Shown here piece after piece: positions 24,521-37,812 of a DNA stretch of 64,000 nucleotides. The position numbers and the translations under genes were made by a program. This DNA comes from Octopus bimaculoides (Eukaryota), in NCBI RefSeq assembly GCF_001194135.2, contig NC_068981.1:101267198-101331197 (forward strand). The letters run 5' to 3'. How positions within the stretch are numbered: position 1 is the stretch's first letter; each line of letters opens with the position of its first letter. The notes under the pieces were generated by a model. That model was not told the DNA's origin. It ran no database searches and saw only the letters and a list, made by a program, of their open reading frames with translations.

Positions 24521-24619
24521 GCTACAGCCTTGTCTTTCATCAACCTTGACGGATGATTATTTTTCGATTCCAGCTAATTGTCAATTTAGTACATATTCAC
24601 ATCATCTTCAATGGTGATA

Positions 24620-27231
24620 CTCATTATCTTCCTTTTTGAAGTTCAATCTACTCGTATATCTAAAATGACAAGACCCATCCACTACATCTTTAATAAGTTT
24701 AGTGTTCAGCTCCCAAGGAATGCATGATGCTCCCTTTCTTGTAATTGCTTGTTTAGCGAGTGATCGTTTTGGCCTTCAACATATTAGTGAACTTTGTCTT
24801 TGTGCAACTTACTTGGGGAAAATATTCGCTCCACACACACTAATGAAGGATGTAACACAGTTAAATTAGTCATGAATTGTGATAGCCTCTCAAATTTAGA
24901 GTGGTCAAACCCGTCTTTAAGATTGTGTATGGAATACCAGAATTCAGGGATACTTTTTGAGGAAACGGGAATTTGTTTATATTGCCGAAATAATCCCCAC
25001 TCATTGTCTTGTTCAAGTGTGTTTTCTGGTGCAATTGCTAGAAAGTTTGATGCCAAGGGAATTATCGACTGAGGAGAGTTAGTGAGATCGCGCACTACTT
25101 TTGGATCAAGTATTTCTAAGAGGGCAAGCACTCCAACTTCATCGAGAGGAAAGCGCATTTTTATCTGAAAGCATAATTCTATTAAAAAATGTTTGCAAAT
25201 GGTTTTGAATCTAGTTCAGTCACCAACGATGGGGTTTTGTTCAAGATATCTACTTGCGTGTCCACCGAGGTAAATATCATTCAAATCTTTGTGATTTGTT
25301 GTGTGTTATTGAGATCAATATCTGATAATCTAGATATGGCTAGGACATCCTCTTTATAAAGCAACTAAGGATACTTTTATATTCACTGGATATGAGTGTA
25401 CACAACAGATGCAATAGAAAGTGTTCCTATTGAAACTCGACATTAAGAGCATTTACTTTCTTTAATATATAATGTAAGAAGAGCAACATGTACTTCGTCC
25501 CTTTGTTAATCATAGTTTCATAGATCTTTTTTACTCTGTCCACTTTTTCTACTTTAGCCTCTGACTGAAAATAAAGTACAAGGGTATCCCACTATTCTAC
25601 AGGGTGTCCACAAAGTCTGGGTACATGGGGATTAACACATACTTTAAGAAGTTATTATTTCTTATATTTAATTGTTTATGTCATTATTTTATTTACTCCA
25701 TGTACCCAGACTTTGTGGATACCCTGTATTATAACATTAATTACATTTTCACGTGACAACTATCTAGTTTGCGAAAGCTTTGGAATTTTGTTTTCTTTTG
25801 TGCCAACAACACTTTGTATCATATTGAAGTCATTTTGACGTTTGCTACTTTCAGAAAAGTAAGAAGTTAAGTCCTTTAAAAAGAACTCGAGATACAAAGG
25901 TAACATCTTCACTGCATGACTTGAACAAAGTGCAAACGAATGGCAAACACAGCCTATTGTAGATACAGTCGGAATATCGTTTCTCAATAACTTTTGAAAC
26001 CCGCTCGTTCCCCATCATTGTTGAGCAATTATCGCTGGCAAATCCAAGTATGTAACTCATAGATACAACTTTTGTAAGTGTAGACTTGACAGCATCGTAC
26101 AAACCCTCAGACGAACCATTTTCTTACTACAATTGCATCCAGAAGAGCATCCTTGATATTAAGCGATTGTTCCTCAAAAAAGCGAACAACTATTGCTAAG
26201 ATTTGTGTCACTGAGATGTCCGTACTCTCATCTATCGATAATGAAAACTTTTGTTTCTTGAGAATTTCCAAGATTTCATTTCGTTCATAATGTGAAATTC
26301 CGTCTATGTTAATTTTGTTTTTTTCATTTGTAGATTTTTAGCTATTTCACTATCGGGAAAGGCCTTTTTACAAATTTTAGCTAAGTGATTTATATGGATG
26401 AAAGGTACGTGATGTTCAGAAACATAAGTTGTTAGTAGCAAGTCTGCCTTAGCTACTTTTTCATTTAATGTATCATCCATTTTTAAAACAATAAATGAAT
26501 CTAATTTAATAGCAGATTTCGCACTATCAAAAGCTTTCTTGTGTTTGGCAGTGTTTTTATGAGCTAACAGCATTGATTTGTTAGTATTTTTCAACATGCC
26601 ACCACAAACGCAGCAGCAGGTGTCAGGATTTTTATCATCTTGCCGTAACCAATATTTAAGCTCAGCATCATCCAATCACTTCTTGAAATTTTGGGTGTAC
26701 CACTTACTCTTTTTGGACATACTATTGTCTGCCATTATTTTGCAAAGGGTTACAAAACAAACACACTCACTCAAAATGTTGTTAAACAGATTTGAAATCG
26801 CGAGTAATAATCAAAGCGTACACCGTCAACACAGTCAAGCTGTCAACTGGTGGTGTCAGAGTTTCAGGCAAGTGTACAAGTGGCCATCAACGCATTGTAA
26901 CTTGTAGTTGCCCAATATGATACAAGTATAAACAAATAATGAACGCGTACGATCGGTAATTAAGTCACATACAATATTTGTATCAATAAATTCATTACAT
27001 GAGATGATTGTGGATGATATATAGAAAGTTTACAAAGTATTAGAAGTGCAGCTTTGGTACATATTGCATCTAAAGAGTATGACACCGAATTCTCTTTAAA
27101 AGATAAGTTTGCAGCCAAAACTAACTTTAAAACCCAGATTTAATGTAAATTTGGAAACCAAAACCCATAAACCCATCATTGCTCAAAAAACCCCCAGATC
27201 TGGGTGGAAAACCCCATCAGTGGCATCCCTG
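24620..27231 (-). mobile_element. hAT-superfamily transposon with a decayed transposase
   Basis: Zinc-finger-like CCCVC..H..TAKH N-terminus; FSLSIDESTD; GFASDNCSTMMG; CVCHSFALC; hAT dimerisation-like LHPSLVCVERIFS; 5' end CAGGGATGCCA at 27231-27221; the other TIR was not found. Confidence 0.85.
25600..25726. mobile_element. Tc1/mariner-type MITE nested in the hAT transposase
   Basis: TA|CAGGGTGTCCACAAAGTCTGGGTACATGG ... CCATGTACCCAGACTTTGTGGATACCCTG|TA; 29-bp TIR with 1 mismatch. Confidence 0.9.
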
Positions 27232-28219
27232 TTCGGGGTTGATAAAATAAAATGCCATTCGAGAACTTGGATCGATGTCTCGACTAACAACACTATCCTG
27301 AAATTTCTGTCCCAGTGCCTGTATTAGAAACAAATTCCCCAACCACATCGTTCTCTGTTCAGTCCCACGAGGTGACACCTTGGGCAAGTGTCTTCTACTA
27401 AAGCCCCGGGCCTNNNNNNNNNNNNNNNNNNNNNNNNNNNNNNNNNNNNNNNNNNNNNNNNNNNNNNNNNNNNNNNNNNNNNNNNNNNNNNNNNNNNNNN
27501 NNNNNNNNNNNNNNNNNNNNNNNNNNNNNNNNNNNNNNNNNNNNNNNNNNNNNNNNNNNNNNNNNNNNNNNNNNNNNNNNNNNNNNNNNNNNNNNNNNNN
27601 NNNNNNNNNNNNNNNNNNNNNNNNNNNNNNNNNNNNNNNNNNNNNNNNNNNNNNNNNNNNNNNNNNNNNNNNNNNNNNNNNNNNNNNNNNNNNNNNNNNN
27701 NNNNNNNNNNNNNNNNNNNNNNNNNNNNNNNNNNNNNNNNNNNNNNNNNNNNNNNNNNNNNNNNNNNNNNNNNNNNNNNNNNNNNNNNNNNNNNNNNNNN
27801 NNNNNNNNNNNNNNNNNNNNNNNNNNNNNNNNNNNNNNNNNNNNNNNNNNNNNNNNNNNNNNNNNNNNNNNNNNNNNNATATACATACATTACATGTGTG
27901 CGCGCGTTTGTCCACCACCACCGCTTGGCAACCGGTGCTGGTTTGTTTACGTCCCTGTAACTTCGCGATTCGGCAAAAAGGGGCCGATTGAATAAGTATC
28001 AGGCTGAGAAAAAAAAAAGTTCTCGAGTAGATTTGTTCGAAAAGACCCTTCACGGGAGTGGCCTTAGCAGGGCCGCAGTCGAATGACTGAAACAAGTAAA
28101 AGATAAAAGAGAGATGTATAAAAGCCAAGAGGAATTATTTGAAAAAGAATCCAACAGACTTAAATCTTAAATAAAATTAATATAGAGAGTTATTTCCCTT
28201 AGAAGCAGTATTGTTTTTT

Positions 28220-28300
28220 TCGACCAATGAAAATGTGCTTTACATGCGCTTTCGAGGGGCGGTGTACGGCAGAGGGCCACTTAGAGACTTGTGGATTACG
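28220..28300 (+). promoter_or_regulatory. Candidate promoter of the CHMP4-like gene
   Basis: CCAAT at 28224-28228 and GGGGCGG at 28256-28262 in CpG-retaining DNA about 440-470 bp upstream of the ATG. Confidence 0.4.
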
Positions 28301-28697
28301 AATACAGCAGCGCAAAGAACGCATACTCTGGTGTTTCGTGTTTTACATCTTACCCATACACACACTTTTATATATATACACTAAATACTCTATAAATTTA
28401 ACTCCTTAACTAAACGGCAACAAAGAATTCTTCGCGTACACCAAGGCACTGCCAGCGCCTTTGTGTCTGCTTTGTCTAGAGCTGGCCATATATCTCCAAA
28501 GAAGTTATATATGGTATAATTTCAGTCCTAATACGTCCCGTTCCCAAATATAATTTATTCACAGTATTTATTTTAAAACAAAGACGGTAAAAAACAACAG
28601 AACAAGAAAAATTACAAGAAGAACTGATCATTATTTTTGAACAATCTGAAGTGTCTTTTTCCCTCCGTTGTTGTTTTTCTGTTCTTAATTATTCACG

Positions 28698-28881
28698 ATG
28701 CATTCTATTACTAAACTGTTTGGGTTCTCGAAAGAGCAGGAACCAGCATTAACACCACAGAAGGCTATACAGAAGTTGCAAAATATTGAAACAATGCTAA
28801 TCAAGAAATCAGAACACTTGGAATCGAAAATTACAGGAGAGTTAAAGATAGCCAAAGAACAAAAATGTTCGAATAAACGAG
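28698..28881 (+). CDS. CHMP4: Exon 1 of a divergent CHMP4/Snf7/Shrub-like ESCRT-III subunit
   Basis: MHSITKLFGFSKEQEPALTPQKAIQKLQNIETMLIKKSEHLESKITGELKIAKEQKCSNKR aligns with CHMP4 KLFG..PTPQEAIQRL..TEEML.KK.E.LEKKIE.EL..AKK..TKNKR; phase-1 donor CGAG|GTAATT at 28882, the intron position I recall for vertebrate CHMP4B. Confidence 0.85.
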
Positions 28882-29346
28882 GTAATTTTACACCTATGTT
28901 TCGTGTGTGTGTGTGTGTGTGTATATAATATCGTAATGTTTTATTTTGATTTGTCACAGAATACCTGATCTAATGACACAGAGAAAATGGATATTGTGTT
29001 GTTCATGTTTTTCACAGGGGAATTATCTGTCTGGGGTATATGAAACTACGACTTCAAACTGAAATAAAAACTGAACTGGACTCGCTGCGTTACATTTATC
29101 CTATTATCAAAATTATTTTCCTTGATAAATGGAAGTTAATGAAATTAATTTCCTGAATTTTCCAAATACTTTTTTTTCCTAGCATATTCTTTTACATGTT
29201 TCAGCCCTAAGGCTGTGGCCTTGCTGGAGCACCGCCATGTTTTAGTTATCCGCTATACGCAATCGTAACAGTATTAAATTGAAATAGTAATTTATGTAAC
29301 ATCTAATGCATTAATTCTTGTCAACAGTGTATATGTACTCGTTAAG

Positions 29347-29399
<53 letters not shown>

Positions 29400-32300
29400 T
29401 GTGTGTGTACAAACAAATAAGTTTATGCTGATCACAGGTGATTTGCGTTTTAGTAGTTATTGTCTCTTAGTAAAATATCGAAAACGCAATTCCATTTTTC
29501 TCTAAACTTTTAGCTTAGAACAGAACATCTAAACAATCCTTAGTCGTTAATCAATAATTTATTTTCTTTTTTCTTTTTTCTAAAATTAATCTGTTTTCGT
29601 TGATGCAAAGCGTCATATTATGTGATTTGGTCACAAAATCCATGATTCATTCTCACTCCTCTTTCCATGATGTCTTTCATCACTATCATCATCAACCTCA
29701 CTTTTTCAAACTTTTTTCTTTTCTTTTATTAAAAATACCACGCTCCCATGAAATTGTCTTGCTGTTCTTAGTTTGGTAATTTTACATAAATTTTAATACA
29801 AGTAAACAGAAAACATTCTGCCTGTATGTCTGTGTGTGTGTATATATGTAACAATTATTATAATCGGAATTATAGTAGCCGCAGGACTATTTGGAGGTTT
29901 TCCCAATTTTAATAACACTAAAAGAAATTACCAGAATGCAAATAGATTTATAAATTTGGTGTTGTCTAAAAGAAAATCGCTACTGATATAATAATGCTAA
30001 CATTTTCCATATCTTCCTGAACACGTCCAGAAGTGTCACCATAGTATACTGACGTGTAAAATAACTTTGTAACTAACAGTAAATTCAATTAGAAAGAGAT
30101 TAGCTTACTAAAGAAATGTATTACAGGAGAGCTCTCTTTAGTTATGAACGATGTTATCTACGAATTGAGTGCCGTGCAGTGGAAACTAAATTTGTCCGGA
30201 AAAACAGTCAGTTTAAGTCTCACTTGATTTCAAAAAAAAAAAAGAAAAAACGATAATTTAGACCTGTTTGTACAAAAAAAATGAGATGGTCACGGCTGAA
30301 ACGTTTTTGTTAATGCACCTTTTTGATCGAGGTTAGCCTACTGCTAAACTCAGAAATCTAACTAGTCTTGATTTTGTTTTTTTAATCTTACATCTCTAAT
30401 GCTTTATGAGGCGTGATTGTTTATACACTTATATTTTACCTCTGTATAAATTCGATGTCGTTTTACTTGTGAAAATAATGTTATGAAGCAGTTTAGACTC
30501 CGGAGAGAATTGACAAAACTTTTCTATCATGAATGTTTTCTTTACCAGAAAGTTTTCAATGCAAAACAAGTTCTACTTTGTTACAACCTCATTTACTATT
30601 CGCGTCTGAAAAATTTTTTAATTCTTAGAGATTTTGATTCGTGTAGATTTATATAGGGGGAAAATTTTAATTTAAGAGACTCATTCTTTATTTCAAGGGC
30701 ATAAATATCTTGAACAGTGTTTGGCTTGATGATTGACAGATGTCATTGGATGGGATAGATTTTCATATATGTATATTGTTTGTTTTATAAATCATTGTTT
30801 ACAAATGTTTAAAATAGTTACTTTTCTGCTTTGTTATCCTACATATAAAACTTTACTTTGTTTTCTAATTAGAGTTGGTAATCCAAATTTGTCATTTCCT
30901 TCATAAAGTTCGATAAAGTCTCTCCTCAATTACGTGACAGGTAAATTACATGGCGGTCGATTTGTTCATCAAGCGAAAAGCCTACCTGTTAGATGTGTAG
31001 CTTCTACGAGATGTTTAAATAAAATTGCTACGAACTATCTGTTAAAACGTTCCTCTCTTTCTTTTTAATATTAATATGTAGAGCCATAGTTATTTAAGCA
31101 AGTTCACTTTTTTTCAATTTTAATGCTACTAAAACTGTTAGAATATTCTCTGATCAAATCCTCAGCCTAATAAATACGACTCCGAAATTTATTAATATAC
31201 CAATAATACTATATTCTTAGCATCAAAATTAGAATCAGCCTGTAAATAATGGTTACACGTTTAATATTCTTTAAATTAATTTTACTTGTAGCTATATAAG
31301 ATTTCAACTTTTCTGATTTCCCCCACCCCAGTCAATTTCAAACTCTAATGGCCGCTTTTTTTTTTTTTTTAACCATTATGTCGTGAATTGGTCGAAGTTT
31401 ATTTTTTGTGTTTTTTAGAAAAAAAACACTGTACAATTGTATTTTATATTTTTCAAAAGTTATGTCAATGAAAAGAATATCTTAATGTGATGTACTTAAG
31501 CATGTTTTTGTGTTACACACAGACATTTGACATTTTATTCAAACGAGACAAAAATAAAATTAGCCTTCTTAGAAAGTTCATGTTGCTGTACTCCGACAGC
31601 TCACTTCGCTCGACGGAATATTTTCTGGTATTTACCATCTCCTTTCAGTTCTTAATCCTAATTATTAGTATCTACTGCTGTTGCTTAGCCCCCAGGACAA
31701 CCCTGATCGTAATCGAAGACGTGATACCTATGCCTATCATGTCTTTTACTATTACATTGTCCAATGTGTCTCCGTTTCTTAAGACTATATGGTTCGATTT
31801 GAGAGAGACTGGTGCTATTTCCAGTGGGTCGAACGACCACATAACGATTCCCTCCTTTGATATAGATTAAGTTTCCAATGACCTAAAATTAACTAATGTA
31901 GTTCACATATATAGAAATATGATGAATATAAAATAGACAAGTGTACGGCTCCAGTTTTAAATGATCGTTTAAAAGTTGTTCGAGGAAATTTTTCTTTTAT
32001 CCCTTATTATTGGAATGCAGTGATCTTTAAAGTTAAATATTGTTCCTAACTAATTAGCCTATTGTTAACATTTTCCACATAACTGAATGCTGTTTTCATA
32101 CCAAACCTCGTGACGTTGACTCAATACTGTGATCAGTCACTCCTCGAAACTTTTTGCTTACTTACACGCACACACTTAATTTGTAACTCCATTCACGAGA
32201 AAATATAAATAACCAGCTTATTGCTAATAAGTTGCTCAATTTTGTTTCCAGTTGCGAAATCTCATCTGCATTAGCAAAAGAGAGTGTAGGTGCCCAACCT

Positions 32301-32439
32301 ATTCCCGTATGGAAGTGAGAAGTGAAACTATTCATGTGTACGTAATATAGGAATGGTACTTAGTATTTTTATGTATATCATTAAATTTCGATACTCCATC
32401 TATACTTTTACAGCAACATTTTTTCCCGCAATTTCATTA

Positions 32440-32670
32440 CTCTGAGATGGCGGAGATGTTAATGTAAATATGAAGAATTTATTTATACGGAGGAAATTAT
32501 TAAAATATGAGAAGTGAAATAACAATTCCATTTAGCCTCACCACTATAAAAGAATTATGTTTTTGAGATTTACGTTCAAACAGGTATCGAGTGAATTTTT
32601 ATACAATTTTTGACGTCACTGGGGTGTCAGTTCAGTTTATGGCAGCGGTCACATTTCGACAGGTACCTAT
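32440..32670 (+). promoter_or_regulatory. Candidate promoter and non-coding first exon of an unidentified gene
   Basis: AGATGGCGG (YY1-like) at 32445-32453; TGACGTCA (CRE) at 32611-32618; possible donor CAG|GTACC at 32663; CpG-poor DNA follows. Confidence 0.3.
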
Positions 32671-34289
32671 CCCTAATAAACACAAAGGAGTGTCATTTTT
32701 AAACAGTTTGTTATGAGGTTTAGACGTAAGAAAGCGCAGAATTGAATTTCACAGACTCCACAAGCTTCTTAAATAATATTTGTGATATATCTAGTTTGTT
32801 TATAGTAAATTATTCTCGGTCATTTGTACAAATGGCTGTTGTTTTATTTGAATCTCTTGTTAGATTTCATCACTGACAATTCTTAACTTAGAATTTTTTA
32901 GTAACATTTTCTTTTACATACTTCTATGTCTCTTTCAGACATCGGTAAATTATTTATCAGGATCTTTAAAAAAATATGAAACACATTTTTGATAATGTGC
33001 TCCCCATTTAAATTTGATCAAAAACTATCAAAAAGTTCTCTCTTAAAAGTTTCTTCATAAAAAAAACAACAACCTGTATTTATAAAATTTTCCTTGATAC
33101 GGATTCTGTAGATCCCGATCTGGTAAATTGAACTGGCGCTATAATATTGTACGAAATAAATGTATGTTCATTCATGTCCAGATGCATGTTGCCACTATTC
33201 TAACCTCAAAATTGAGGAAAGTTCAGTCGTATTTTTCAAACATTGGTCATTGTATTTTGAATGCAAATACAAATGTTGACATTAAATCCAATTGTTTATA
33301 AATGTTAATGACCTATCTATCCAATGTCCACGTTTATATTCAATGCATAGAATATTTATTGAATAATTCTAATTCTAGGTAAATAAGTAGTTAGAAAGAA
33401 TTTGGTCAAATTCTGTTTGGTTGTTTCCTCCTCTCAGATAGCTTTTAAAGCTGAATCGCCTCAGTGCCCATATCCTTTTCAGTCAGTCGTGGGAATTAGG
33501 ATAACTGGGTGAGGTTAGTGTAGCTAATTTTTCATTTTAATAGTTAATAATTGCGAAGAGAGCCTAAACAAGAGAAAGTTCTAGAGGTCATAGTTTTGAA
33601 AAGAAAAAAAGATTTGGCGAAGTAAATATATTATGTCTAAGCAATGAGTTTTAAGAGAAGCAACTAGAGTTTACATCAGCTTTCTTGCTGTGACCATTTG
33701 AATTGAAAAAGGAATTTGTAAACTTTTTTTACTCAACAATAACAATTTTGTGAGGCTATAATTCTCTGCTCTTGAAAAAAACAAGCAAACAGTGTAAGCT
33801 CAGATTGTACAGCAGATATATCTAAGTTACATAGTTATCTATTTAAAAGTCAGAAGTGTATTGCTATAGATACTTTATGGCAGTTACCAAGAAGATAAAA
33901 AGATATATATTCTGCACTGATCAACCTCTTTCTTTGCTGCAAATGAGAGAGGTAACAAGCTGTAATAACACCGTCATCATCATTGTTTTAACGTCTACTT
34001 TTCCATTCATGCATGGGTCAGGCAAATAAATATTTCTACTTCCAGATGCCCAGCTTGTTGCCAGTCTTCAACTGTTTACTAGAGAGGTAATATTTTCCTC
34101 TAGTCTGGACATGTTTTCAAAAAATTTGCAAGCAAGCATCGCCATTTGTACAGTGGTGATATTTGTTTATAATTGCTGCATAATGTCCAGTAAAGGAGAC
34201 ACGCATATGCACACAACAAGCTTTATAGTTTCCATCTTCCAAATTCTCTCATGGGCTATGTCAGTGTGCACATACATCAGAATGTGAGT

Positions 34290-34700
34290 GTCAACAGAGA
34301 AAAAGTGGTGTGCGAGAGAGAAGACTGCGCTGTTATGGTCTTGTGATGCATATGGATGAGGACAGCTGCATAAAGAAGTGTCAATCTCTGTAGAGGTAGA
34401 CCCAGGAAGACATGGGTCAAAGTGGTGAAGTATGAACTTTGGATGTTCAGTCTCGCAGAGGTGATGACAAGTGATTGAGACCTTTGGTGATTTGCTGTGC
34501 TTGAGAAGACACGTCAAGCCAAGAGAAATTGTTGTCATGGCCAGTGTTGTTGACACATAAAAGCATCCACTATACTCTTAGAGTGATTGATATTAAGAAG
34601 GGCTTCCAGCCATGGAGACTGAGCCAAATCAGACTGGAACTTGGTACAGCTCTCCTGCATACCAGTCCCATGCCAGCATGGAAAACGGACGCTAAATGAT
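34290..34700 (+). mobile_element. RTE LINE 3' end
   Basis: VRERRLRCYGLVMHMDEDSCIKKC..GRPRKTW..AVLEKTRQAK followed by the family 3' UTR ending in ATGATGAT. Confidence 0.75.
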
Positions 34701-36641
34701 GATATAGCAGAAGACATTTGCCTCAGGTGCTGTGTAGTGGCACTGAACCCAAAACCACGTGGTTGCAAAATGAACTTCGTAACCACACAGTTTAGCCTGA
34801 ACTTAAAATGGGTTGATTGTGTACAACTTGCATTTGAAGCAAAATAATTACATGGGATAAAATTCCATTACTTTCTTATCCATTACTTCTTATCTGTGAG
34901 TATCAGCTTCTTTGCTGACTATTTACTTTGCTCCAGGAAATATCTGCATCAGAATTATAATATTTTCCTGACTATTGAATTATTTTGTAAAGAAAGTATT
35001 TCTTTTCACCTTTAGCATATCAGATAATCAGAACTGAAAGGCTGGCCCATAATTTCTTTTCTATTTCCCATTAATGTCTTAGATATTTTCTTTCATAATT
35101 CTTGAAATGTTGCTTTGTTTTCTTTGGTGGAAAAACAATGAAGCAGTCAGACATGCTATTTTGTATAGAAAGGCCACAGTGTTCATGTCATTGGCTTTTT
35201 CTTTTTGTATTTTTTCTGCAACCTTAGCAATGATTTCTTTTCATATGTATCTTGCTGTAGCAGATTCAGATGTGAAAGGTATTTGAATAAAGTATTTCTT
35301 GATGCTAATTTAAGATTAGTTTGTAAGATTAATACCTTATCACCTGTGTTACCCTTTCACACACCTTTTTTTTCCTTTTTTACAAACCAGAACAAGTTGA
35401 ACAATTCTACAGTATGCCTCTTGTAATTCTACATTATTGCATGAAGTTCTAGTTGAAAAATTTCCTAATCCCCAATTTTTCCTATTGTGTTTATATTACT
35501 TTTAAATACTGGTTTCAAAGTTTTGACACAATGCCAGCAGTTTTGGAGGGGAAACCAAGTTGATTTAAATTAACCCCAGTGAAAGGGTGAAAAGCAAAGT
35601 CAACTTTGACAGAATTTGAACTCAATGTTTAGATGGATGAAATGCCACTTAGCATCTTGCCCAGCATGCTAACAATTCTGCAAGCTCACCACCTTATTTC
35701 TTTTTAATATAAGACCATCATTGTATATCTTTTATATCAAGCATTAGTGCACATACAGTGTTTAGTTCAGTGACTGGTGTTTCTTAGTTCGGATGTTACT
35801 TGGTTCTACTTTTCAGATCTTGTGGGTTGATGAAATACTGTTTCATAGAGGAAAAGATGATTATTATGTTATTAGACTCTCTACTTCTTGACAGAACACT
35901 TAATTCTACATTACCACAATTAGCATAAATGTTGGGGATTACAAGGACTGGCTACTCCTGTCTTCAAAATGAGAACACACACACATTAGATAACATAGGC
36001 TCCCTCCTGTCCCTACCCACCACCAAAAAAAATCCTCATAGCTGGAATATCTTTCATCAAAGGTTTACTCAAACAGGATTAATACTAGCTAACGAGGGGC
36101 ACTGTATGTGGATGTTAAACCTGCTAAAAATAGTACCAAATATCCCTCGAATTATATTAATGAAGGATATGTTGGACATTGAAATAGTTGGCATAAAATG
36201 ATGGGATAGTTGTATTTGGAACACCTTTGATCATGAGTTTACTCATTTAGAGTTAACCTGGGGCTAAACAGTGATAACTTAATGCATACTTCAGATCATA
36301 TAATTTCATGCAGTGTCTCATGAAGAGAGGAGCAGATCAGTTAATTATATCCTTATCATTTCTCATAGTCTGATACCTATAGAAAATTTTAAAGTGCCTT
36401 TGCTCTTTGTAGGAAAAGTCTGTTTTAATTTCTTTTGCGATACATGTAATTTTGGTAACCTTTTTTTTATTGGCTCGTCAAATTCATTTTACCCTTTATT
36501 AGTATTGTTATGTGTCTGGATCCACTTGTGAATATCTGTTAATTCACCTTCATGCTTTCTTTCAAATATGGTTAGTCCTTATAGGTAACAAACATGTTTT
36601 TTTTTTTCTCAGTGAGAAGTAAATAGTAGCAGCACGGAATC

Positions 36642-36802
36642 GTGAAGTATATTTGCCACTTAAATATGGCAGTCCCACAGGGGATGATGCTACTGTTCTT
36701 TATAGCCCAGGAAGGCTGGAGGAGATGTCTTCCTGGGGCTATAAACAACAGTAGCATCGTCCCCTATGGGACCACCACATTTAGGTGGCAAATATACTTC
36801 AC
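36642..36802. repeat. Fold-back (hairpin) MITE
   Basis: GTGAAGTATATTTGCCAC..GGAAG / CTTCC..GTGGCAAATATACTTCAC; arms about 73 bp, loop about 14 nt. Confidence 0.85.
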
Positions 36803-37530
36803 AATAGTTTTTTGGGGTTTTTTTTTTTTTTTTTTTAATTAACCCTATACACTTCTGATCAAAATGCCTTCTTGTTGTGACCTTAACATTAAAGATATTT
36901 TGTACTGAAGGCTATATTAGTCAATGTGCCCATTTTTCCTTAAATCTTTAAAATGTGTTTTGAGAGGTTTAATGCTATTTCTCTTATGAGGTTGAGCAGT
37001 CATATAATGACTTCATTTTTGGCTCATTTTATTGTTTTTTTAATGCCAGGATATGCAGAAGATACTAAGAAACATCTACACCTCAAGCTGCAGTTATCAA
37101 GTTCTAAAGGGCATAAAAATAGATTTCAAATAAGCTTAGCATGTTGTTTGGTTTAACACTATCATCTGATCCTTGGCTACTTTGTAAACATCCAGACCAA
37201 ACACTCTTGTTTCATGCTCACCCACATTTTTTCTTGTAGGCAATGCCTTGCAAAAGCTTAGGCTGTGGCAGAGAGCCATATCAATTCTACCAATGCAGAA
37301 GGACCTGCAAAGATTATATTGCATGACATTGTTCTAGCTCCTTTGGCTTGTGTGTATTTTTTCATATTTATATATATATATACACAATGTGCTGATTCAT
37401 GGTAGAAAATTCAACAAAAGCAGTACTCCATCTGATGAGAGATAAATATTATTTAAATAAATTCATCATCACCATCATCGTTTAACATCCGCTTTCCATG
37501 CTAGCATGGGTTGGACGATTTGACTGAATT

Positions 37531-37763
37531 ATATATTATTTTAGGAAGTTAAAAGTTATTGCTGAACATAGTGACCATTAGTTTCACACTTATAAAGCGC
37601 TTAGCAGTATGAGTGACTCATCAAGACTCACATGGCTGAAGGCATTTCAGTCTTCAGCCATTAGAGTTTGACAAGTTGCCTATACTGCTAAGCGCTTTAT
37701 GAATGTGAAACCAAAGATCACTCTATGGCCAGCCATAACTTTTAACTTCCCAAAAAATATATT
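37531..37763. repeat. Fold-back (hairpin) MITE
   Basis: GGAAGTTAAAAGTTAT..ATAAAGCGCTTAGCAGTAT..ATGGCTGAAG / CTTCAGCCAT..ATACTGCTAAGCGCTTTAT..ATAACTTTTAACTTCC. Confidence 0.85.
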
Positions 37764-37812
37764 ACTGCTCTAATGCTTTAGAGTGTGCTTTTTTCTTGGA
37801 TATATGAACTAC

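Noticed and set aside
33585-33680. VLKRKKDLAK and EKQLE peptides as possible CHMP4 exon 2
   Set aside because: In-frame stops, poor acceptor and A-rich context; probably chance.
37240-37345. Acceptor followed by GNALQKLRLWQR as CHMP4 exon 2
   Set aside because: Only ALQxL matches; no KRKK or IDGTL motif and no donor before the stop.
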